Notes under the pieces: generated by a model | What the model saw: only the letters and a program-made list of their open reading frames with translations | Told to the model about the DNA's origin: nothing | Databases searched by the model: none | Part shown: positions 56,851 through 64,000 of the stretch, one piece after another | How positions within the stretch are numbered: position 1 is the first letter of the stretch | Layout of the letters: each line of letters begins with the position of its first letter | DNA from: a virus | DNA length: 64,000 nucleotides | Reading direction: 5' to 3' (one strand) | Virus record (IMG/VR): IMGVR_UViG_3300042090_003221 | Location: 32,001 to 96,000 of that record | Program-made: the position numbers and the translations under genes

Positions 56851-57309
56851 TCATTCGCTAGCTCTTTCTCCAGCGCGGCCTGAAGCGTCGCCTGCGCTGT
56901 CGATCGCATCCGCTCCGCTTTCGAGCGCAGCGGCGACAGCGCCGAGAGCCTTATCGAGCGCACCCGCCGTGCCATCCATCGCATCAGCCAAGACAAGTAC
57001 GATCTTGGCGATGGCGGTGCGTGGGGTGATTTCGACGGGCATTCTGCCGGCTTTTTTTTGTTTGCCATAAGCCAATCCGAGTTTCACAAAGTCGGCTGTG
57101 TCGACTTTTTTTGGTGGGTTGTAGTTGAGGGCCTTCAGGGTAGCGAAGCTGACCCCAAACTTGCGGGACACGCGGCGCATGGCGTTCCCGTAGTCGCCAG
57201 CCCGCACCATGTCGCCAAGCGTCAGCGCCTTGGCGAAGTCTGATGCATCGTCCACATATGCGCTTGCGCCAGTCATAGGTTCATGACTCCGGTTAATTTT
57301 TTCCTGCAT
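56851..57309 (-). CDS. Hypothetical protein (CII-like position)
   Basis: Downstream of cro. Confidence 0.45.
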   Translation of the reverse strand: MQEKINRSHEPMTGASAYVDDASDFAKALTLGDMVRAGDYGNAMRRVSRKFGVSFATLKALNYNPPKKVDTADFVKLGLAYGKQKKAGRMPVEITPRTAIAKIVLVLADAMDGTAGALDKALGAVAAALESGADAIDSAGDASGRAGERASE

Positions 57310-57718
57310 TAGGAATTGCCCTCATGCCAAACAACCAATATGAGGGAACAGGATGACGCAGACCAAGACTTGAGCTTCACCCGACTGTGTTACTGGACCT
57401 GGGCCGTCGTGAAGAAATCCAACGCCGCCCGTCGCGCGCCAACGCGTCAGGCCGCAACTCAATCAGTCAAACCTAGCGTGATCGCTGCGAATTTCGCCAA
57501 ACAGAACATCGCAGGACCAGCCGATAACCGCGCCAACGGTCTCGGAAATCCTGACGGAAAACAGACAGCCGAGAAAGAGGGCTGCGTTGCCGACGAGCCA
57601 GCCGGCCGCCATGTCGATTAGCGTGTTCATGGGAGACCCTGATGATGAGGAAAGAGGCGGCGCTGATGAGAGCAGCGCCGCCAGTGAACGCGGGCCTGGG
57701 AGGCATGGCTCGCGTTGT

Positions 57719-58009
57719 TCATGCCCGCGCCCCATCGGGGATTAGGCGGGCTTCAATGCGTAGGAGGGCGTGGCCGGCGATAGCCCGCAGCCGTGCGCGA
57801 TCTGGGCCGTCCGTCGGGAGGCCAGCCACTGCGAAATCGATGCGGCCCGCCTCGGGATTGGGAAACACGGCGACTGCCGACAAGCCAGTCACGTTGCGCA
57901 GGAACTGCTGATATTCAGCGTCGGACGGAGAGGATGACGGGCTCATGCCCCCGTGAGAGATGGCGTAATCGCGGATGAAGGTCAGCGCGGCGTGCTGGCG
58001 CGGAGTCAT
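57719..58009 (-). CDS. Protein with LexA-like N-terminal fragment
   Basis: MTPRQHAALTFIRDY..GMSPS. Confidence 0.5.
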   Translation of the reverse strand: MTPRQHAALTFIRDYAISHGGMSPSSSPSDAEYQQFLRNVTGLSAVAVFPNPEAGRIDFAVAGLPTDGPDRARLRAIAGHALLRIEARLIPDGARA

Positions 58010-58011
58010 GG

Positions 58012-58248
58012 TCAGGCGGCCTTGCCGCTATTAGCGCGCTCGGCGAACCTTGCCGAGTGCATCCGCACAAGGGCGTCGTATGCTCCAAACACGGAGCCGC
58101 GCCGATCACCCTCAGCGGCAATGGCCTGCCAGTATTTCGGCGGGATCGAGTCCCGCGCCTTCATCGTGCGAACATGGCTGCCGGGGATCGACAGAATTTT
58201 CGCGAGCGGCTCAATGCCGATTTCGTCAATGACGTCTTTGAAGGTCAT
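58012..58248 (-). CDS. Cro-like regulator
   Basis: FKDVIDEIG..MKARDSIPPKYW; divergent from CI. Confidence 0.75.
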   Translation of the reverse strand: MTFKDVIDEIGIEPLAKILSIPGSHVRTMKARDSIPPKYWQAIAAEGDRRGSVFGAYDALVRMHSARFAERANSGKAA

Positions 58249-58254
58249 TTTGCA

Positions 58255-58322
58255 TCGCTACAACGGGTAGCGACAGAAGTCAACACGGCACGTAGCGATT
58301 TTGACGCTACACTAGGTAGCAT
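58255..58322. promoter_or_regulatory. OR-like operator region, TCGCTAC-N5-GTAGCGA
   Basis: Perfect site 58255-58273, degenerate 58280-58298, near-perfect 58304-58322. Confidence 0.75.
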
Positions 58323-58848
58323 GGATGCGGGCGGGAAATTGCGAAGAGAGCAGGGCGCACGGCTTCGTCTGGCGCGCGAGGCAGCGGGCTTTAAGTCGGC
58401 GCGCGCCGCGGCTATGGCAAACGATTGGGCGGAAAGCTCATATCGAGCGCACGAGTCCGGCACGCGCACAATAGGACAGGACGACGCCGAAGCCTATGCC
58501 CGAAGGTTTAGAGCGAGCGGCGCGGATGTCTCGGCAAGCGAGATTTTGTTCGGTGGGCGCGGCACATCGCAAGTCCGGCGCGGCGCCCCCGCCACGGGGG
58601 GCGCTGGCAATAGCGATGACGCCGACCAGTTGACGCCCGATCACATCGAGATGGCCGTGAACCTTTCGGCGTACATGCTGGAGACGCAGGTGAGTGCGAA
58701 GATTGCTGAGGCATGGCGCGAGCTTGTTCGAGAAGCAGCTCGCAACAGAGAAAGCAATCAACGTCTACAAGATCAATTGGCCCATCAGAAAGAATCCGCC
58801 GCAAAGCGCGATCCTGCAAAATCAGCGTTGCGTTCCAAAGGTCGATAA
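58321..58848 (+). CDS. CI-like repressor (XRE HTH)
   Basis: GARLRLAREAAGFKSARAAA..SYRAHESGTR. Confidence 0.8.
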   Translation: MDAGGKLRREQGARLRLAREAAGFKSARAAAMANDWAESSYRAHESGTRTIGQDDAEAYARRFRASGADVSASEILFGGRGTSQVRRGAPATGGAGNSDDADQLTPDHIEMAVNLSAYMLETQVSAKIAEAWRELVREAARNRESNQRLQDQLAHQKESAAKRDPAKSALRSKGR

Positions 58849-59164
58849 CTTTCACCCCCCCCCCCCCCGCACACACAAATCACGCCTCCGATGCAATGTT
58901 GATATGGCGATTACGTAGTGGCCTCACGCTAATGTCGTCAATGTCCTAGAACATAGGCGGGATTGCCCGCTTTCTGTGGCCTGCGCTTCAAGCCTATGTT
59001 TTCACAGCAATATGCGTAGATGGGGTTCGATTATAATCGAAACACGGTTTGACCGAAGCGGTTAACATAACAAGCAAATAGTCAGTAAAAGATTGGCGGC
59101 TTTCAAGATGGGCGAGGAAAAGCCGGCCTCGCATGTGGCAAAACCGCGCATCAAGTGGTAAAAA

Positions 59165-59428
59165 ATGAGGAAATCGCCCATGCGGAGCGACGAGGGGTTT
59201 TTGGCAAAGCATTGGACAAGGATTGGCGTCTTCGAAATAACTGATGTTTACCTAGCTGGGACGAGGTGTTACCGTCTTTATATAGACGAGACTTTGCTTG
59301 GAAACTATTTTGAATGGGCTGATGCCGTAAAAAGCATATCCCTGGGCGAGCGCGACGCTAAATTGGCGGAGCCGGGGAGGTCGCTAAACGTCCCGGCTCA
59401 CTGGGGCGACTGGAACGACCTCAGATAG
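59165..59428 (+). CDS. Hypothetical protein in immunity region
   Basis: Low-GC ORF after CI. Confidence 0.5.
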   Translation: MRKSPMRSDEGFLAKHWTRIGVFEITDVYLAGTRCYRLYIDETLLGNYFEWADAVKSISLGERDAKLAEPGRSLNVPAHWGDWNDLR

Positions 59429-59659
59429 CACGCTGAGCGCGCCCGCAATCATTGCTGCGCTCGATGTCGTCAGCGAGACCTCGAAATCCTCGCCGCCAGC
59501 GCGGAATCCGATAGTGACGCCTTCGGGGCAATCCCCCCAGACGGCGAACACCGAAGCGTCCAGGAATCTACCCGGCCGGAACGGCGCTGTGGCGAGCCCT
59601 GCAAGGCCCCCTGGGATGATCCTGCGGCGAGTTCTCATTCACACCCCTTGAAGCGTTGC

Positions 59660-59683
59660 AAGCGGCCTCCGGGCCGCTTTTTT
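59660..59683 (+). terminator. Rho-independent terminator
   Basis: AAGCGGCC-TCCG-GGCCGCTT followed by a T run. Confidence 0.7.
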
Positions 59684-59735
59684 GTTGCGGCCACGCCTCC
59701 CCTATAGCGGGTGAGCGGGGGAGGGGGAAGAAAAA

Positions 59736-59791
59736 TCGCTACACGGCGTGCTGAAACCGCTTGACCGGTATCGCTACCGCATGTAGCGATA
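59736..59791 (+). promoter_or_regulatory. PL-like promoter with OL operators
   Basis: TTGACC at 59761; TATCGCTAC-CGCAT-GTAGCGATA 59769-59791; degenerate site at 59736. Confidence 0.75.
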
Positions 59792-60676
59792 AGCCATCGA
59801 CGCAGCCGAGAGCAAGCAGATGGCGACCGAAACCCACGCAGACCTAGACGCCTTCCTCGACGCCGAGGATTTCGCGCTCGACCAGCGCCGGGCCGCCGTT
59901 CGCGCCGCCTCTCCCGCGATCACCTACGCCGATGATGAGGATGACGAAGAGGCCGAGGCGTGGTCGCGGCAACTGCTTTCCACGCGTGCCTGCGCGCAAA
60001 GCAAGCTTTGACTGGAGTAACAACCATGACCGACTTCGCAACCTACCACGCCGCTACCTCTCTCGCTTCCGATCTCCACGCCAAGCTTGATGCCATCCGT
60101 GCCGATGCGGCCAAGCGCGGCGGATACTCCACCACAGACATGGAAGACATTCTGATGGCCGAAGTTGGCGTCGAGCGCGTGCTGCGCCGGCTGCTGCGCC
60201 TGACGCAGATGGCCGCGAACGCCGAAGCGCCCGCCCTCAACATCGCTGCGGAGTAGCAAACATGCGCCTGACTTATGCTCTCGCCGATCTCGCAATCGAC
60301 TGCGTCGGAGCCCTGGGCATCATGGTCGTCCTGATCGTGGTTTTCTCGTGAATCCGTTCCAAATCCCGGCAGTCGGCGATATCGAGCCGGTCATGACCGA
60401 AGCTGACCGCGAGGCCGCGGTCGACCGGGTCGTCAAGGCGTGCTGCGGCTCCTACACGATGCATACCGCGCTGACCGTGGCGAGCGGGCTCGGGCTCAAG
60501 TTGCTCAAGATCGGATATCCTCGGATCCAGCGCGCGCTCAATGACGCCCGCGCCGCGCAAGAGGCCGCGGAGCGCGCCGCGAAGAGTTTCCCCACTGGCT
60601 TGGACGCCAACTAGCGCGCGGCGGCGGGTTCAATCAACCGCTCCCGGCGGACCCGGGAATTTAAAGGGAAGTCCAA

Positions 60677-61090
60677 ATGAAGCTTACTCTCGCCCTCGCG
60701 GCGCTTCTGATCGCGGCGCCCGCGTTCGCCCAAGATTATCAGAAGGTCCGAAACGCGCCCAGCCTCGGCGACTACAACGCGAAGCTGGAGGAGGTTCATG
60801 TCTCCCCGATCAACGCTGACGCGCTGCATGGTTCGCCACTGGTCGCTGTCATCAACAAGACCCATTCCGCGATCCGCGAGATCTCCTGCGACGGCCATCT
60901 CTGGGGCACGCTGGCTATCGCGGTCCCGGGCGGCCGTATCCCCTCGGGCGGCATCGGCATCGTCAACTTCGACAAGGGCAACTGCAACAAGGGCCTCCAC
61001 GTCAAGACCGGCGACGGCCAACTCCACGACGTCCCGGGTCAGGACGTCAGCGCCCTGACCATCCTGACGATCGAATCCGAGGAGTGGTGA
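60677..61090 (+). CDS. Secreted protein
   Basis: Signal peptide MKLTLALAALLIAAPAFA|Q. Confidence 0.7.
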   Translation: MKLTLALAALLIAAPAFAQDYQKVRNAPSLGDYNAKLEEVHVSPINADALHGSPLVAVINKTHSAIREISCDGHLWGTLAIAVPGGRIPSGGIGIVNFDKGNCNKGLHVKTGDGQLHDVPGQDVSALTILTIESEEW

Positions 61091-61537
61091 TGAGCCGGAG
61101 CGACGACAAGGCGTCGACGGCCGGAGAGGCCGTCGGCAAGGCCGTCGACGCCGCGGCTAGCGTCGTCACCGGCGGCGTCGACCTCGCGAAAGGCGCTATT
61201 GCGGATCCCGCGGGAACCGCGCGCGGACTGCTCGGAAAGGCGGGCAGATTCTTGTCCGGCTTAGCCGAGAAGCCGAAGGACAAGTAACCGCCCGGCCCCG
61301 AGCGGAATTTTCGGGGCCAACCCTTTTAGGACATTTTCAGGAGGTCGAGTTGGTCAGGCTTAAATCGTTTTCGTTCTGGAACATGCTCGCTGCGATTGCT
61401 GCGACGCTGCTCGGCGTCACGGCGTTTTCTGTGGTGTCGGTCTTGATCGCGCTCATCGCCGTCACACTCATCGTCCTGCTTTGGTTGATCTCCTGGGTTG
61501 AGGGACAGCGCAGCGCCATCGCATATGGAGTTGCGAA

Positions 61538-62545
61538 ATGAACGCGCACACGCAGGCCCCTGTCGATCCGTGGTCGCACTGGCGCGACGCTATCGCGGCT
61601 CGCAAGCAGGTCGATATGCCGGTCAACGAGGTCGCGCTCGGCTACTATCGCGCCCGTGATGGTGAGTGCGTTGCGTTCCTGCCTGATGGCGCCGGTCATA
61701 TCTACGTCTGGCGCACGAGCGATTGGCCGCCGCCGAAGCATTGGGACGCCGTCGTCGAGCTGTTCGCGAAGGTCTGCCTCCGCCCGGTCAGCCATGAGGA
61801 CGCGACACATTACGGCGAGCACGGCCGCTGGCCGGAGGAGGTCGCGCCCGTCGAGGTCGACGCCTCGCTGCCGCCGCACGAACAGGCGGACGCCAAGATC
61901 ACTGCGCAGCGCGCGGCTATGGTGGCGTGGCTCAAGGAAACCGGCGAGATCAAGACGCAGGAGCAAGCGGACAAGTGCGGCAACTTCGCCGACACCTTCC
62001 ACAAGATCTGGCAGGAGGCAGAAGCCGCCCGCAAGGCTGAGAAAAAGCCGCACGATGAAGCGGGGGCCGCGGTCCAGAAGAAGTGGGTTCCCGTCGTTGA
62101 CCGCGCGAATGAGCTGAAGGTCTACGCGAAGAAGGCCACGGAACCGTTCCTGATCGCCGAGAAGGCGCGCATCGCCGCGGAGGAGAAAGCCGCCGCCGAA
62201 GCCCGCGCCAAGGCCGCGCGCGAGGCCAAGGAGGCCGCCGACGCCGCCGCGATAGCTGCCGCGAGCGCTGCCGCCGCCGCGGGCGAGCCGGCGCCCCTTC
62301 CTGTAGCCGCTCCCGCGCCGGTGTTCGCGCCGCCGCCGCAGAAAGCCAAGGCCGGACGGGTGCATCTGCGCACGCGCACGGTCCATGAGATCACCGATAT
62401 GCGCAAGTTTCTCGCGCATCTCGCCGACATGAACGAGATCCCGCGCGAAATCACTGACGCATTCCAGCTGATCGTCAACCGCTGGCGCTTCGCCGGCGTC
62501 GAAGTCCCGGGCGTCGAAGCCAAGACCGTCGAGGGGGCCGCGTAA
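61538..62545 (+). CDS. Coiled-coil hypothetical protein of recombination module
   Basis: Long ORF upstream of HNH/Bet. Confidence 0.65.
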   Translation: MNAHTQAPVDPWSHWRDAIAARKQVDMPVNEVALGYYRARDGECVAFLPDGAGHIYVWRTSDWPPPKHWDAVVELFAKVCLRPVSHEDATHYGEHGRWPEEVAPVEVDASLPPHEQADAKITAQRAAMVAWLKETGEIKTQEQADKCGNFADTFHKIWQEAEAARKAEKKPHDEAGAAVQKKWVPVVDRANELKVYAKKATEPFLIAEKARIAAEEKAAAEARAKAAREAKEAADAAAIAAASAAAAAGEPAPLPVAAPAPVFAPPPQKAKAGRVHLRTRTVHEITDMRKFLAHLADMNEIPREITDAFQLIVNRWRFAGVEVPGVEAKTVEGAA

Positions 62546-62546
62546 G

Positions 62547-63119
62547 GTGAATTCGATCTGCGCTGTCACTAACTGCCAAGGCGTCGTGACGGCGAAGGGC
62601 TATTGCGATCGGCATTACCGACGCTTTCGCGTTCATGGAGACCCGCTCGGTGGCCGAACAGTTCCGGGTGAGCTGACCGCGTTCGTCGAAATGGCGGCGA
62701 AGTGCAAAGACGAAGAATGCCTCATGTGGCCATTCGGCCGGAATAGCGGCGGATACGGCGTGGTCAAATATCAAGGCAAACAAGACGGGGCGCACAGGGT
62801 GATTTGCAAGATCGTCAACGGAGCGCCACCGACTCCTGAGCATCAGGCCGCGCATTCTTGCGGGAAGGGCAAAAGCGGCTGTGTAAACGGATCACACCTT
62901 CGCTGGGCAACTCCGCAAGAAAATTCTGACGACAAGGCTGTTCATCAGACCGTGTCCAGGGGGGAGTCTGTGTTTGGCGCAAAACTCACAGAAACAGACG
63001 TCAGGGCAATTCGATCGACGCCGGGGATAAATCAAAGTGAGATGGCTAAGAAGCTAGGCGTCACAGTGTCTGCGGTGAACTTTGTTGTAACAGGCAAAAC
63101 ATGGAGGCACGTTCAATGA
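62547..63119 (+). CDS. HNH homing endonuclease
   Basis: ECLMW..GYG..AHRV..AAHSCG..CVNGSHLRWATPQENSDD plus C-term HTH. Confidence 0.85.
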   Translation: MNSICAVTNCQGVVTAKGYCDRHYRRFRVHGDPLGGRTVPGELTAFVEMAAKCKDEECLMWPFGRNSGGYGVVKYQGKQDGAHRVICKIVNGAPPTPEHQAAHSCGKGKSGCVNGSHLRWATPQENSDDKAVHQTVSRGESVFGAKLTETDVRAIRSTPGINQSEMAKKLGVTVSAVNFVVTGKTWRHVQ

Positions 63120-64000
63120 GTAACATCACTACGCTACCCGCCGCACGCAAGGACATTGTGACGAGCGTCTCTTTCAACGATCTGCGCTTGCCGTATCACG
63201 AAGCATTCGCCGATGGGTTCGGAATCGACAACATTCGTTGGAAGGTTTTGATCGACACGGTTTTCCCGACAGCGAAGACGGTCGATTCGATCGCGATGGC
63301 TCTTTCCTATTGCAAACAGCGAAGCCTCGATCCTTTCAAAAAACCGATTCATATCGTGCCGATGTATTCCACCGCTAAGCGTGAATACGTCGAGACGGTC
63401 TGGCCCGGGATCTCCGAGCTGCGCACCACAGCAACGCGGACGGGCGAATATGCGGGATGCGACGCCGCCGTGTTCGGCCCGACGATCAAGCGCGAGTTCA
63501 AAGGCATCGGCGAGGTCTGGGAAAACCGCCAGAAGGTTGAACGCGAAGTCAGCGTCACCGTCGAATATCCGGAGTGGTGTCAGGTCACCATTCATCGCGC
63601 GATCCGCGGGCAGCGCGTCGCTTTCGTTGGCCCGAAAGTCTTCTGGACTGAGTCCTACGCGCGCCGCGGCAAAGCCGACATTCCGAATGAAATGTGGTGC
63701 AAGCGTCCGTTCGGTCAGATCGAAAAATGCGCCGAGGCCGCCGCGCTGCGCCGCGCCTTTCCCGAGGAAATCGGCAACGAGTACACCGCCGACGAGATGG
63801 AAGGGCAGATCCTGTTCAGCGCGCCCGCGGCCGCTGAGCAGCCGGCGAAGTCGAAGCTCCCCCCGACGCCCCCGCCGCCGGCTTTGGAAAAGCCCCGTCC
63901 CGAGACCGACGAGCGCGCCGAGACGCGCTCGCCTGATGTCGGCGCCGGGAAACCCAAGGTCCCGCCCGGCCCTCCGCCTGTCGTCAGTAGCGGCAGAACG
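63116..64000 (+). CDS. bet: Bet/RecT single-strand annealing recombinase, 3'-truncated
   Basis: YCKQRSLDPFKKPIHIVPM..PGISELRTTATRTGEYAG..MWCKRPFGQIEKCAEAAALRRAFPE. Confidence 0.85.
   Translation, partial: MSNITTLPAARKDIVTSVSFNDLRLPYHEAFADGFGIDNIRWKVLIDTVFPTAKTVDSIAMALSYCKQRSLDPFKKPIHIVPMYSTAKREYVETVWPGISELRTTATRTGEYAGCDAAVFGPTIKREFKGIGEVWENRQKVEREVSVTVEYPEWCQVTIHRAIRGQRVAFVGPKVFWTESYARRGKADIPNEMWCKRPFGQIEKCAEAAALRRAFPEEIGNEYTADEMEGQILFSAPAAAEQPAKSKLPPTPPPPALEKPRPETDERAETRSPDVGAGKPKVPPGPPPVVSSGRT

Noticed and set aside
61326-61340. TTAGGAC half-site (another at 42017)
   Set aside because: No second arm and no matching -35 box

Overview
A ~64 kb segment of a GC-rich temperate myovirus-type phage or prophage with an alphaproteobacterial host (it encodes a GapR/DUF2312 homolog). 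The minus strand carries replication and early genes (Cro, DUF1376 initiator, methyltransferases including an intein-split C5 MTase, dCMP deaminase), a tRNA cluster, TerS/TerL, portal, MuF, head, neck, sheath/tube and tail-chaperone genes. The plus strand at the right end carries CI and the PL operon (HNH, Bet recombinase). No integrase, att site, lysis or tape-measure gene is visible. The most striking part is ~18 kb inserted between MuF and the prohead protease. (i) Three late-strand proteins share an N-terminal 'amphipathic helix-A[M/L]D-WIT[V/I]H' module; the A-x-D motif also recurs in the head proteins. Their C-termini are two zincin-like metallopeptidases and a RelA/SpoT-type alarmone synthetase. 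(ii) An antisense array of ~30 small genes is driven by six promoters that all carry the palindromic operator TTAGGAC-N5-GTCCTAA. Its last operon (alarmone HD hydrolase, HTH regulator, small putative immunity protein) converges on the synthetase gene. All family assignments are by motif recognition only; no database search was run.
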